DNA of 64,000 nt from Candidatus Latescibacterota bacterium (lineage in GTDB: Bacteria > Latescibacterota > UBA2968 > GCA-2709665): contig OZ241917.1 in the NCBI GenBank assembly GCA_965203805.1, positions 3,296,001-3,360,000 on the forward strand, in the 5' to 3' direction. The position numbers and the translations under genes were made by a program. Every line of letters starts with the position of its first letter. Within the stretch, counting starts at the first letter, position 1. The notes beneath the pieces are model-generated. The model was not told the DNA's origin. It made no database searches and worked only from the letters and a program-made list of their open reading frames with translations. Below, one piece after another: positions 19,075 to 31,768 of this stretch.

Positions 19075-20478
19075 ATTAAGAATTAAGAATGAAGAATGAA
19101 GAATTAAAACCTGAAGGCGGGGAGATGGGAAAGGGAGGGGGAGGAGGAAGGAAGAAGGAAAACCTGTCCCGTCTCACGTCTACCCCGCCGCCGACCTACC
19201 CCCTATCGCGTGGCGTTCGTTACCCTTTCCTTATAGGAGAGGGTCCCTGCCTGGCGGTGGTTTTTCGGCAGGCAGGGGGGAGAGGTCACGCATCAGGGAG
19301 GAGGTCTCGCCCGGCCATATCGTCGTCCCGTGGCCGCGAGTGATCATCTCCCGTCTTACGTCTTGCGTCTCCCCGCCTTTCAGACCTACCCCCTAACCCC
19401 CTTCCTGTGAGGAAGGGGGAACGGTGACGGGTCGATGGACCGGGCATGCAAACGTGCCGGCTGGCGAATTCCTGTCTATCAGTGTATCTATAAATGACCG
19501 GCACGCGAAGTCTGTCTCTTCTCCCCCTCTCCCCGCCTCCGCCGACCTACCCCCTATCGCGTGGCGTTCGTTACCCTTTCCTTATAGGAGAGGGTCCCTG
19601 CCTGGCGGTGGTTTTTCGGCAGGCAGGGGGGAGAGGTCTGCGCATCAGGGAGGAGGTCTCGCCCGGCCATATCGTCGTCCCGTGGCCGCGAGTGATCATC
19701 TCCCGTCTTACGTCTTGCGTCTCCCCGCCTTTCAGACCTACCCCCTATCCCCCTTCCTGTGAGGAAGGGGGAACGGTGACGGGTCGATGGACCGGGCATG
19801 CAGACGTGCCGGCTGGCGAATTCCTGTCTATCAGTGTATCTATAAATGACCGGCACGCGAAGTCTGTCTCTTCTCCCCCTCTCCCCGCCTCCGCCGACCT
19901 ACCCCCTAGCCCCCTTCCTGTGAGGAAGGGGGAACGGTGATGGGTCGATGGACCGGGCATGCAAACGTGCCGGCTGGCCAATTCCTTTCTATCAGAGTAT
20001 CTATAGATCACCGGCACGCGAAGTCTGTCTTTTCTCCCCCTCTCCCCGCCTCCGCCGACCTACCCCCTATCGCGTGGCGTTCGTTACCCTCTCCTCACAG
20101 GAGAGGGTCCCTGCCTAGCGGTGGTTTTTCGGCAGGCAGGGGGGAGAGGTCGCGCATCAGGGAGGAGGTCTCGCCCGGCCATATCGTCGTCCCGTTGACG
20201 CAGGTTGTCATCTCCCGTCTTACGTCTTGCGTCTCCCCGCTCTTCAGGCACTCACGGTATCTCACGTCTCACGTCTTGCGTCTCCCCGCCTTTCAGACCT
20301 ACCCCCTATCGCGTGGCGTTCGTTACCCTCTCCTCACAGGAGAGGGTCCCTGCCTGGCGGTGGTTTTTCGGCAGGCAGGGGGGAGAGGTCTGCGGGGAGG
20401 GGGGTTGGGTGGAGAGGGGTTGGGGGTGAGGGCGATTCTGCTTCAAGCTGATTGCTGAAAGCCGACAGCTGATCGCTG
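19075..20478 (+). repeat. Mosaic repeat cassette with an internal duplication of about 355 bp (C-D-B)
   Basis: About 19190-19545 repeated at about 19545-19900; lies between convergent genes. Confidence 0.95.
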
Positions 20479-20479
20479 T

Positions 20480-21247
20480 TTACCGTCCGCGACAGAGCAG
20501 GGCGTCCGCGTTGCGCCAGGCGATGGCTTCCCTGACGTCCTCGGGCGCGTCGAGGATCTGCAGTTTCAGCAATGCGGGCGCGGGTGTGTTGAACGGCATG
20601 CCGGACCCGAAAGCCAGTCGCCCGGCGCCCCACGCCCGGGTGAGTTCCTGAATGCTGCGCTCCAGGACCGCCGTGAGGCGGGAGACGTCCACCAGGAACC
20701 GGACGTCCGGAGGCAGAATGCGCCCGGTGAAGCCGTGGCCGTTCAGGATCATCCATCGAACGTGCGGCCGCAAATGAAAAAGCCGGCGAAACGTCGCCGG
20801 CTTCAGGTCATCCGCCATATCCCAGGGATGCCGTTGTCGCCGGTCCACAATACGCATCGGCACCTGCACGGACCACCCCGCCTCGGAAACCGCATCCAGC
20901 AATTCAAGCGACGCCTCCGACGCCGGATCGTACCCGTGGTATTGCGGGACCAGTCGGATCCCGCACAGTTCCAGGTCCTCCACGCACCGGCGCAGGTCCT
21001 CCTTCCAGCCCGCGTAGGTCGGATTCAACGTGGCGAACGGAATCAGCCGATCGCGGTGGCGCAGCACCTGGCGGGCCAGCTCCTCGTTGGCCGAATGGGC
21101 GTCCCTGTAGAAAACCCCGTGGATTGACGCCACCACCGCCCGGTCGATGCCGCTGCGGTCCATCAGCCTCAGCAGCCCCGGCACCGTGTTGTGGCGCAGC
21201 CGCCGGAACGGCCAGTGCCCCACCCACGCGTTGACGTCAATGATCAC
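20480..21247 (-). CDS. Amidohydrolase_2 family protein
   Basis: GTG start, IIDVNAWVGHWPF, GIDRAVV, LAFGSGMP. Confidence 0.85.
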   Translation of the reverse strand: MIIDVNAWVGHWPFRRLRHNTVPGLLRLMDRSGIDRAVVASIHGVFYRDAHSANEELARQVLRHRDRLIPFATLNPTYAGWKEDLRRCVEDLELCGIRLVPQYHGYDPASEASLELLDAVSEAGWSVQVPMRIVDRRQRHPWDMADDLKPATFRRLFHLRPHVRWMILNGHGFTGRILPPDVRFLVDVSRLTAVLERSIQELTRAWGAGRLAFGSGMPFNTPAPALLKLQILDAPEDVREAIAWRNADALLCRGR

Positions 21248-21287
21248 GTCTATAGCCCCATTCCAATGGCGCCACGGAACCTGAAGT

Positions 21288-21943
21288 CTACAGATCGAAG
21301 AGTTCACGAAACCACTGTATGAATGACTGAGTTGCGGGCAAATTCGCGTCTAACGCCTTGCTCTCAATCGCTCTGCCAGGGTTCCGGACGGGCGGGTCTT
21401 GCCAACTGAGCCATGTATACAGCTTTGCCTTATTCGTATGGGCATTGCGATAGGGCGCGTCCCAATCTTTTTTTGCCGTTTCAGTGCAGCCTTCCGCGTA
21501 GTTCCACAGGGGTTGATCGGGTACAAGATCCCGCAAAAAAGTTTCCAGATCGCCTTTGGACCGATTGTCTGGCATAATCCAGATGCCAAGACGCCTCTGT
21601 GACCGGTTGCTTACGATCAAGCCGTCCGGTGGCAACGCAGTCGGCATTTCCGGGAAGGATGCGTTAGTTTTAGATTATACAGGCTCTGGTAACGGCGTCC
21701 GGCGCCCTGGTCGTCCGCATCGATCATAATTCCAAGAGTCCTGATCGTGGACGATTTCAAGAGCACACCCATGTAATCCTTATTCAGAATCTCATTTACA
21801 CTCTTACCTATGTCGATGTATACGGGGTACTCGGACTCATTGGCGCCAGGCCATTCAATCTGGGTGCGCATTATCTCACGGACAGTATACAAGTCATCAT
21901 AACCCTCGACAACGAGACGCTTAGGGTTGTCTCCGGCCATCAA
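21288..21943 (-). pseudogene. DUF3226/TOPRIM-like protein split by a single-base frameshift
   Basis: N-half LVVEGYDD..IDAD; C-half GIWIMPDN..G.LETFL..KA..WL.WQ; one extra base in the run at 21668-21671 joins the two frames. Confidence 0.8.
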
Positions 21944-23079
21944 CGAATCTCCACGAAGTGCTGAATCGCTTTCTTTATTTCCTCTTCGGTGTATGAAACC
22001 GCGTGATTGTTGTCGCGCTCAATACGTTGAACTGATACCGTCGGTCCAGGATGTACGTCAAGGGAAGACGCACCAGCATTTGCAGCCAAACTGCTAAGGC
22101 AATCGTAATTGTGCGTGGTTGCGAACACCTGAACTTCGAAAATTCGTGCAGTCTCAACTATCAGTTTCCACATGTCCGACATTGCGGAGTAGTGGAGGCC
22201 CGTGTCGATTTCATCGACCAACAGAACTCCGCCACGACATTGCGTAATTGCGATTGCGAGCGAGAATAAGCGCCAAATGCCGTCACCCATACTGCCTATC
22301 GGTACAGGATTCTCAAAGCGACTGTGTTTTACGATAAATCCGGATCGGCCAGCGCTTCCAGTCCAGTCGCGTCTGTACGGGGTACTGAGCGCAACAATTC
22401 GTTCAATGCCCGGATCGATACACGCCAACGCCGTGAGAACAAGCTCTTCGTCAGACGTAAGTGCGATAACGTTCCACATTTCAACAAGCTCGTCTGCATC
22501 CATCGCATCCGTGGTAATGTAACGTACACGGGACACGTGATCACGCGCTCGACCCCTTCGCAATCGCCGTGGGATGTCCAGCGATTCGGCTGACAATGTA
22601 CCGGTAGCGCTCAAGGGAATTAAATCCGCTATCGGTGAGGGAGCCCCCTCCAAGCGAAGGCCCAATTGTGGGATATTCTCTCCTGGGGAGCTGAACAGGT
22701 CTGATTCTTTATCAGTTAAATCCGCCACTTCGACCTTTAGATGTTGTCGTGGAGACTGATTCATCGCTGACAATTTAAATGCCGTCTTAACGTGAAGTTG
22801 GTGACCGGTAAACAGGTGGGACGTATCCACTTCGGGATAGGCGCGCCCTGATGGCCTGGTTCTTTCAACTCCATTCTCACCCCTGCGCCTGAGTATCTGC
22901 CACAACGCCCGGGGGTCGGCCTGACTGGTTAGCAGGTGGAGGGCCTCCAACAAGGATGTTTTTCCACTATTGTTCGCCCCAACCAGAAGATTGACAAGTG
23001 CCAGGTCGTCCATGTCGAAACGCTCAAATCCCCTGAACCCTTCAATGTGGATCGAGGAAATCACCAGGAGAGTCCTCAC
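21940..23079 (-). CDS. AAA_15/AAA_21-type ABC ATPase
   Basis: GFRGF, GANNSGKTS, MGDG, LLVDEIDTGLH, TTH; overlaps the DUF3226 start; start may be the GTG a few codons in. Confidence 0.88.
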   Translation of the reverse strand: MRTLLVISSIHIEGFRGFERFDMDDLALVNLLVGANNSGKTSLLEALHLLTSQADPRALWQILRRRGENGVERTRPSGRAYPEVDTSHLFTGHQLHVKTAFKLSAMNQSPRQHLKVEVADLTDKESDLFSSPGENIPQLGLRLEGAPSPIADLIPLSATGTLSAESLDIPRRLRRGRARDHVSRVRYITTDAMDADELVEMWNVIALTSDEELVLTALACIDPGIERIVALSTPYRRDWTGSAGRSGFIVKHSRFENPVPIGSMGDGIWRLFSLAIAITQCRGGVLLVDEIDTGLHYSAMSDMWKLIVETARIFEVQVFATTHNYDCLSSLAANAGASSLDVHPGPTVSVQRIERDNNHAVSYTEEEIKKAIQHFVEIR

Positions 23080-23265
23080 AGAAACTTACTTTGAAAGGAT
23101 AAACGTCGCAGGCGAGATTATCAATATTCAGACGGCTCGATTCTGTCGATTTCTCTCAGAGTCACACACCGACACCGTCTCAATCGATTGGGAAAGAATA
23201 TAGGATACAACATCTTCAGAACAAACCGAAAACCTCGGTACAATACTCAGATATGGCACGTCGTC

Positions 23266-24297
<1,032 letters not shown>

Positions 24298-24606
24298 GGA
24301 AACCTCCCCCATACTGTGATTAAAGGCTGATTAGAATGATGAAAGGCTGATTACAACCAGGGATGTGATTTGCGTGATTACTTTAATTAACCGCAATTCG
24401 GAAAAATTGGCCACAAAAAGCACAAAGGCACAGAAAGCATCCATGCAAAACGGCGTGTGTCACAACGCGGTGACCCTTCAGTTCGTTCCTCAATTCGACA
24501 AAAATGGCAACAAAAAGCACAAAAGGCACAGAAAGCAGCAGATGCAGAGGAAAACCGGCATTCGAAAGTCGCGATGGGAAGCGGAATCCGACGCGGAAAC
24601 CCCTCG

Positions 24607-25437
24607 TCAACGTTTCAGGGCCACGCCGATGAAGAAGGTGTTGCCGGCCGTGGTGTTGCATCCCGATGCGACGTGGATCAGGTCCAGGCTCACTTCCACC
24701 CTCGGGTTCACCCTGTAGATGATTCCCGGGGCGATCTTGAGGATGTTCTGGTCGCCGATGAGGCCCACCTCATCCCCGGGGTCGCAGTTTCCGAACGTGC
24801 GGATCCCGGAAACGAACCCCTTGATCAGGATTCGATTGACAGTCATCCCGGCTTCCAGCGTGTAGAACCATTCGTTGCTGAACGTTCCCCCGCGCAGCCG
24901 GTACCCCGCCTCCCCCGTGACGTACCCCGGCAGGGGGTACAGGGATTTCCCCACCAGCAGGCGCGCGTCTCCGTCGATCTTCCTCGTACTCAGGGGCACC
25001 CGGGTGTTCTCATCCTCTTCGTACCACGTGGGGATCTTCCCGCCCGCGGCGACGGAGGCCACGAAGTCCCGGTTCCACAGGAGGCGGCGCATCCGCACCT
25101 CCACGTCCCCGAACCCCCACCGCCGCTCCAGCGCCGTGCCTGTCTGGAACGTGCGGGTGTCCTTCATGTTCTTGTAGGGCGCGGTGGCCACAAACGTGAG
25201 CTCGTTGGAAATCCCGTACTCCAGGTAGGCCGTACAGTTCACGTCCCGCAATTTCCCCTCCCCGTCCTTATCCACCTTGTCCCCGGCGGCGTCGATATCC
25301 TGCGTCGTATTCAGATAGCCGCCCGACAGCTTCACATAATACCCGCCCTTCTTCTGTGTCCACGCGCCCGCGAAGGCATGGGAAGCGATGACCAGCAGCC
25401 AAAGAACACAACCCCCCCAGAGGACTCGCCATCTCAT
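24607..25437 (-). CDS. Putative outer-membrane beta-barrel protein
   Basis: Signal peptide ..AFA|GAWTQKKG; alternating beta pattern; YLEYG and GFGD motifs. Confidence 0.65.
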   Translation of the reverse strand: MRWRVLWGGCVLWLLVIASHAFAGAWTQKKGGYYVKLSGGYLNTTQDIDAAGDKVDKDGEGKLRDVNCTAYLEYGISNELTFVATAPYKNMKDTRTFQTGTALERRWGFGDVEVRMRRLLWNRDFVASVAAGGKIPTWYEEDENTRVPLSTRKIDGDARLLVGKSLYPLPGYVTGEAGYRLRGGTFSNEWFYTLEAGMTVNRILIKGFVSGIRTFGNCDPGDEVGLIGDQNILKIAPGIIYRVNPRVEVSLDLIHVASGCNTTAGNTFFIGVALKR

Positions 25438-25741
25438 TTCAAGCTTCTCCTTCCGAATTCCACTTTGATTCGTCATTATTCGGGGACGTTAATTCGAATA
25501 TGTGCAAGTGAATAAAGGTGATTTAACTGCTGATTTCTATGATCCTTCAGGTCACTGGACGTGAACGGAAAAAATGTTCTTCCGGACGACCTTTTCCGCC
25601 CAATTCGAAAGGTGTTGTCGCGACGCCGCGTTGCTGATTTTGTCGCATTAAGGTCCATTATTGACCGGTGAACCCCAACCCGCTTTTCACGATCCCTTCC
25701 GCTTACTTTAACGAACCGGACCGGGTTCCGTTCCGTAGAAT

Positions 25742-26715
25742 CGGGGAGACGAGAGACGGGAAAAGGAAGAATGAAGAATGAAAACCGGTTGGTCCTCCTG
25801 CCGTTTCTCCATCGTGTCCTGACAGGGCGCCTGGCGGCGGACAGACACCCGTTGGAACGACGTTCCGGGCGGTCCCAAACTTCAATCTTCAATTTTCTTT
25901 TTTCCTTCATGCCCTTTTTCTTGCTTCGCCCAAGAAAAAGGGCCAAAAAGAAGGGCGCCTGCCTGCCTGCCAAAGCGTCACTGGCAGGCGCAGGCAGACC
26001 GCTCAAACGCCGCGGGGCTGCTTTTCCGCGAACCGCCTTCGTGGAGGGAACATGCGCCGCTGACCTGAAACCCTTGCAGGCGTTCCCGGACGACGTTGCC
26101 GGACGGACTCGCGCGGAAAAGCCCCTTCTCCACCACCGCCGACCTACCCCCTATCCCCCTTCCTGCCTGGAAGGGGGAACGGTGACGGGTCGATGGACCG
26201 GGCATGCAAACGTGCCGGCTGGCGAATTCCTGTCTATCAGTGTATCTATAGATGACCGGCACGCGATGCCTGACTTTTCTCCCCCTCTCCCCGCCTCTTC
26301 GGGACCTATCCCCCTTCCCGGGGGGAAGGGGGACCCCCGGATCCTATCGCGTGGCGTTCGTTTCCCTTTCCTTATAGGAAAGGGTCCTGTCTGCCGTGAT
26401 TCTTCGGCAGGCAGGGGGATAGGTCTGCGCATCCGCGAGGTCATGTCGCCAGGCCTTATCGTCGCCCCGTTGAAGCAGGTTGTCATCCCCCATCTCACGT
26501 CCTACGTCTACCCGCTACCCACTTCTTCGAGACCTACCCCCTAACCCCCTTCCTGCCTGGAAGGGGGAACGGTGACGGGTCGATGGACCGGGCATGCAAA
26601 CGTGCCGGCTGGCGAATTCCTGTCTATCAGAGTATCTATAGATCACCGGCACGCGATGCCTGTCTTTTCACCCCCTCTCCCCCCGGGAGAGGGGGCCGGG
26701 GGGAGAGGTCTGCGT
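25742..26715 (+). repeat. Mosaic repeat cassette (A, B, C, D, B)
   Basis: Same modules as other cassettes. Confidence 0.95.
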
Positions 26716-26942
26716 TTCGACTATGCCACAAGGGCTGTCTGGACAGCGGATCCCGCACATCCTGGAAGCGTGTTCGCGCTATGCATATGGCAGGCACCAC
26801 GCTCGGTGTTCTGTCCCGGAAATAAGTTGCCTGAAAATGGTGAGGTATTTTTGGGACGGGACGCTGAATCGGCGTCACCCGATAAAAAAACCGGGGCGGC
26901 CGCTGTCCCGGTTTGCGTGGATACATCAAAAAGTGAATCAAT

Positions 26943-27125
26943 TCAATCCTGATAGCCGTTGTTGAGGAAAGGCGGATCTTCTTTGAAACCTTCACTTCCT
27001 TTCGCCTTCTCTTCGGAAAGCCATTTCCTGATCAGCTCGTCCCGTTCCTTCCGGCCCTCTTCCCGGCCCCGTCGAAGTCCCCGTTCACGGTTCCACCGTC
27101 TAACCGCCTCGTGGATGCCCAACAT
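26943..27125 (-). CDS. Small hypothetical protein (60 aa) with an RRGREEGRKE tract
   Basis: GGAGGTG 9 nt upstream of ATG 27125; could be a gene fragment. Confidence 0.5.
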   Translation of the reverse strand: MLGIHEAVRRWNRERGLRRGREEGRKERDELIRKWLSEEKAKGSEGFKEDPPFLNNGYQD

Positions 27126-27214
27126 AAGATCCTTCACCTCCAATAAAACGAAAGAAGACGTTACCGCGAAGAGCCCAGAAACACGCCTGAACTTTCTTTC
27201 TTCACTGCGCGCCT

Positions 27215-27874
27215 CTACTCCGATCCCGCCGTGGCCGGTTCGGTTGCGGAAGTTAATGCTTCCGGGCTTTTCCCGATCGGGCCTCCACCATAGAGAACCG
27301 TCGGAAGTTCGGGCACCTTTTCTTCTCTGTCTTTCGACAATCTCATCACAGTTTTTTGAGCGGTCTCGGTTATCTGCTCCAATTCATCGTCACTGCGAGC
27401 AATGCCCTGAACATCTCGGTGACTCTTCAAAAACAGAAGAATCGCGTTGTACATATACTCTTCGAAAAAGTTCTCCACACCTCGCTTGATAGCGTGATCG
27501 TCTTCTACAAGAGCAGCCAGATGGTTCAAATAGTGGAAAACTTGAAGTGTGTGAAACTTAACCATATCAACAGAGGTAGCTTCTTCGTTTTCGAGGGAGA
27601 TCCCACACTTGAGACCTAGTCCCGAAGCATACCGTGCAACATCTTCAAGAGTTAACTCTGAATTTCGACGGGATTCCAAAGCATCAATATGCTCCTCAGA
27701 AGTGCCAAGTTTCCTGGCCAGATCCCGCTGCGACATCTTTGCTCTGCACCTGACAGAATGCAAGAAAAACGCACAGCCGTGATCCCTGATTTCCTTCTCC
27801 AACTCGTCGCAAAGCTCAGGATCTTCTGTCGTGTCCCTCACCATTGCCATTACTGAGCTGTATCGCTTGGACAT
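27215..27874 (-). CDS. XRE-family HTH protein, probable antitoxin
   Basis: R..AKMSQRDLARKLGTSEEHIDALES; GAGG RBS; directly downstream of the toxin-like gene. Confidence 0.75.
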   Translation of the reverse strand: MSKRYSSVMAMVRDTTEDPELCDELEKEIRDHGCAFFLHSVRCRAKMSQRDLARKLGTSEEHIDALESRRNSELTLEDVARYASGLGLKCGISLENEEATSVDMVKFHTLQVFHYLNHLAALVEDDHAIKRGVENFFEEYMYNAILLFLKSHRDVQGIARSDDELEQITETAQKTVMRLSKDREEKVPELPTVLYGGGPIGKSPEALTSATEPATAGSE

Positions 27875-27883
27875 GGCGCCTCC

Positions 27884-28279
27884 TCATTTCCTTTTCTCGT
27901 TCTGGGCCTCAAGTTTGTCAATATACCTTTTGCAATCCTTGAGATCCGTATCTTGTGTGTCCTTATAACCCATCGTTATGAAATACAAGGTTCGGGTCTC
28001 TACATGTGGATACACATAGAGACGAGCTTCCGGCAAATTTCCCCGACCTCTCTGATCAATTTCGAGCAGGCCCCGATCTCCACCACCACGAACCTTGCCC
28101 CGCTTGCGTACCTCCCCCAATTGTACACCATCGTTTAAAGCACTAAAAACTCTCGCAAAATTCATCATCACGGCTACCATCACATCTTTATCCTTCTTCT
28201 CAAACCACTTTTTCTTCCTCAAAAACAAATTCGATGGAAGTATCGTCCAATCTTCCGAATCCAACACTTCGCGCTCCAT
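27884..28279 (-). CDS. RelE/HigB-like toxin (putative)
   Basis: 131 aa, basic, LLEI...RLYVY...LYFITMGYKDTQDTD; toxin-first order; lower GC. Confidence 0.6.
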   Translation of the reverse strand: MEREVLDSEDWTILPSNLFLRKKKWFEKKDKDVMVAVMMNFARVFSALNDGVQLGEVRKRGKVRGGGDRGLLEIDQRGRGNLPEARLYVYPHVETRTLYFITMGYKDTQDTDLKDCKRYIDKLEAQNEKRK

Positions 28280-28827
28280 TCAATTGACATAAGTCTCCAC
28301 AGTACGGCGCAATAATGCCAAAATCAAGATCAAAAGCCAAGGTACTGCTCCCACGCATGCCGCACCAGACAATACCTAATCACAAAAAACCGCATTGCAC
28401 AACTTAGGTTTCCAAAGATTGGACTGACAATCCTTGAGGAGATCCTCCATCCCTGTCATGCCAAGCATCCCATTCTAACATTACGATAGAATCCGAAGAT
28501 ACAAGCGACGTGCCCTGCAACAGGCTCTACAAGAACCTGAGGCGTACAATCTAAATCCCCTCTCTGTCAAATTGAGTATATAAGCCCGTAAGGAAAATAT
28601 GCCCCTATCCCTAACATTCCAAACAGACTTTCTGTGATCCATTCGAGCAATTTTCTATTTTTGAGACCACGAGGACAGGTTCAGCAGCCGGAACAGATCG
28701 TTTCAGACCGCAAATAAGGCCACGCGCGAGATTCTTCGGGACGCAATTTACGAATCATTCGATACAATATATCCATTCCATCCCGGATCGTCAAGAGCGG
28801 CACCGGTTGTACGGGAAAAGCCTAAAA

Positions 28828-30012
28828 AGCGGTGAGACGGGAAAGGGAGGAAGGAGGAAGGAACAAGGAAAAATGAAGAAGGAAGAAGGAAAACCGGTTG
28901 GTCCTCCTGCCGTTTCTCCATCGTGTCCTGACAGGGCGCCTGGCGGCGGACAGACACCCGTTGGAACGACGTTCCGGGCGGTCCCAAACTTCAATCTTCA
29001 ATTTTCTTTTTTCCTTCATGCCCTTTTTCTTGCTTCGCCCAAGAAAAAGGGCCAAAAAGAAGGGCGCCTGCCTGCCTGCCAAAGCGTCACTGGCAGGCGC
29101 AGGCAGGCCGCTCAAACGCCGCGGGGCTGCTTTTCCGCGAACCGCTTCAGTCGAGAATACGGGAGACGTTGCCCTGAAACCCTTGCAGGCATTCCCGGAC
29201 GACGTTGCTGGACGGACTCGCGCGGAAAAGCCCCTTCCCCACCACCGGACGCTTGATAGGAACTTACAAGGAACCGTACGGCGATGTTCCTGCGCGCTGG
29301 AGCGTTTACAGATCCCCCGCTCCCCACCGCCGACCACCCCCTAACCCCCTTCCTGCCAAGAAGGGGGAACGGTGACGGGTCGATGGACCGGGCATGCAAA
29401 CGTGCCGGCTGGCGAATTCCTGTCTATCAGTGTATCTATAAATGACCGGCACGCGAAGTCTGTCTTTTCTCCCCTCTCCTCCCCGCCAACCTACCCCCTA
29501 TCCCCCTTCCTGTGAGGAAGGGGGAACGGTGATCCTATCAGGGAGTCCTGTTTGTCTCCCCCTCTCCCCCCGGGAGAGGGGGTTGGGGGGAGAGGTCTGC
29601 GGGGCTGGGGGTGGTATGCAACTGGCGTTCGTTGCCCTTTCCTTATAGGAAAGGGTCCCTGCCTGGCGGTGGTTTTTCGGCAGGCAGGGGGGATAGGTCT
29701 GCGCATCCGCGAGGTCATTTCGCCAGGCCTTATCGTCGCCCCGTTGAAGCAGGTTGTCATCTCCCGTCTCACGTCTCCCCGCTTCTGAGGGGGCCGGGGG
29801 GAGAGGTCGCGTAAAAGCGGTGAGAGGGGAGAGGGGACAATTAAAAATTAAGAATGAAAACCTGAAGGCGGTGAGAGGGTAGACGTTAGACGGTAGATGA
29901 AGGCGGTGAGACGGGAAAGGGAGGAAGGAACACGGAAGAAGGAAGAATGAAAACCGGTTGGTCCGCGTGCGTCTTATCCATAGCGTCCTGACAGGTCGCC
30001 TGCCGTCGGACA
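28828..30012 (+). repeat. Mosaic repeat cassette (A, B, C, D, partial A)
   Basis: Same modules as other cassettes. Confidence 0.95.
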
Positions 30013-30024
30013 CTGAGAAGCTAC

Positions 30025-30573
30025 TTAAAATACTTCGTCGATGTTCAACTTAAAACCCTGCAAAGTAGCCGAAGTCAACGTCTCTCCTTTACCGTAGACG
30101 TCCGCAACCACCAATCCTCTTTCCCCAGGCAGCAGGACCGTGATTGTTTTTTCCTCAGTGTCCACCATCCAGTACTCTCCCACGCCGTGCCTGGCATACA
30201 GTACCCGCTTGAATGTCGTGTCGCGTGTGGCCGTGGACGCAGAGAGGATTTCGACGATCAGGTCCGGCGCTCCCTGCACGTTTTCGGGGGTGATGATACT
30301 GCCGCGTTCGTTGGAGACAAAAAGCAGATCGGGTTGCACCACGTCCAGGTCCGACAACACCACGTCGAAAAGAGCGTGATAGACTCGACCCAGGTTGTTC
30401 TCAGACGCAAACTGAAACAGTTTCGATCCCAGCAGGATGGACACGCTCTGGTGAAGTTCTCCAGGCGCAGGCGTCATAGCCAACTCTCCGTCAAGCAGTT
30501 CATACCGCTTGTCTTCCGGTGTGTTCAGGTAGTCTTCGTAGGTAAACTTGACCGTTGGATTCGGGATCGCCAT
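30025..30573 (-). CDS. Uma2 family endonuclease
   Basis: FTYEDY..RYELLDG, VQPDLLFV, APDLIVEILS, YARHGVGEYWMVD. Confidence 0.93.
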   Translation of the reverse strand: MAIPNPTVKFTYEDYLNTPEDKRYELLDGELAMTPAPGELHQSVSILLGSKLFQFASENNLGRVYHALFDVVLSDLDVVQPDLLFVSNERGSIITPENVQGAPDLIVEILSASTATRDTTFKRVLYARHGVGEYWMVDTEEKTITVLLPGERGLVVADVYGKGETLTSATLQGFKLNIDEVF

Positions 30574-30774
30574 GGTTGCCGCCCTTTCTCCGGAGACGGT
30601 TTTCGTGCGTGACACTGGAATCAGCAACGCGGGACCTCACGTGGTCCGCATAGGTTCCTTGCCGGCTCAGGAACCGCAACCGGGGAAACGACGCCGGTTA
30701 ACGCGTCCCCCTCTTGCCAATGACGCTATACAAAATATCCATCGCATTGCATTTCGTCAAGCCTGAACCGCCGA

Positions 30775-31690
30775 AGAAGGAAGAGGAAGAAGGGGTGGTC
30801 CTCGTGCGGTTTATCCATTGTGTCCTGACAGGACGCCTGCCGGCGGACATACACCCCTTGGAACCGCGTTCCGGCCGGTCCCAAACTTTACTTCTTCAAT
30901 CTTCAATTTTTCTTCCTGCCCTTTTTCTTGCTTCGCCCAAGAAAAAGGGCCAAAAAGAAGGGCGCCTGCCTGCCTGCCAAAGCGTCACTGGCAGGCGCAG
31001 GCAGGCCGCTCAAACGCCGCGGGGCTGCTTTTCCGCGAACCGTTTCGGTGGCGAATACGGAAGTCGTTGCCCTGAAACCCTTGCAGGCGTTCCCGGACCA
31101 CGTTGCTGGACGGACTCGCGCGGAAAAGCCTCTTCCCCACCGCCGGACGCGTGATAGGAACTTACAAGAAACCGTACGGCGATGTTCCTGCGCGCTGGAG
31201 CGTTTACAGACCCGCCTCTCCTCACCGCCGAGACCTACCCCCTAGCCCCCTTCCTGTGAGGAAGGGGGACCCCCGGATCCCGTCGCGTGGCGTTCGTTAC
31301 CCTTTCCTTATAGGAAAGGGTCCCTGCCTGGCGGTGGTTTTTCGCCAGGCAGGGGGGATAGGTCTGCGCATCCGCGAGGTCATGTCGCCAGGCCTTATCG
31401 TCGCCCCGTTGAAGCAGGTTGTCATCTCCCGTCTTACGTCTCCCGTCTCCCGGCCTTTCAGACCTACCCCCTTCCTATAAGGAAGAAGGAAAGCAGGATC
31501 CTATCGCGCGGCGTTCGTTTCCCTTTCCTTATAGGAAAGGGTCCCTGCCTGGCGGTGGTTTTTCGGCAGGCAGGGGGGAGAGGTCTGCGCATCCGCGAGG
31601 TCATGTCGCCAAGCCTTATCGTCGCCCCGTTGACGCAGGTTGTCATCTCCCGTCTCACGTCTAACGTCTCACCAGGGGAGGGGGGTTGGG
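30775..31690 (+). repeat. Mosaic repeat cassette (A, C, D, C, D)
   Basis: Last cassette in the + orientation. Confidence 0.95.
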
Positions 31691-31711
31691 AGGAAGGTTT
31701 TATTTTATCGC

Positions 31712-31750
31712 AAAAAAAACCGCCGGGCCTCCCGCCCGGCGGTTTTTTTT
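31712..31750. terminator. Bidirectional intrinsic terminator
   Basis: A8-CCGCCGGGC-ctccc-GCCCGGCGG-T8, just past the stop at 31769. Confidence 0.9.
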
Positions 31751-31768
31751 ATATCTATGCGACTGCGA

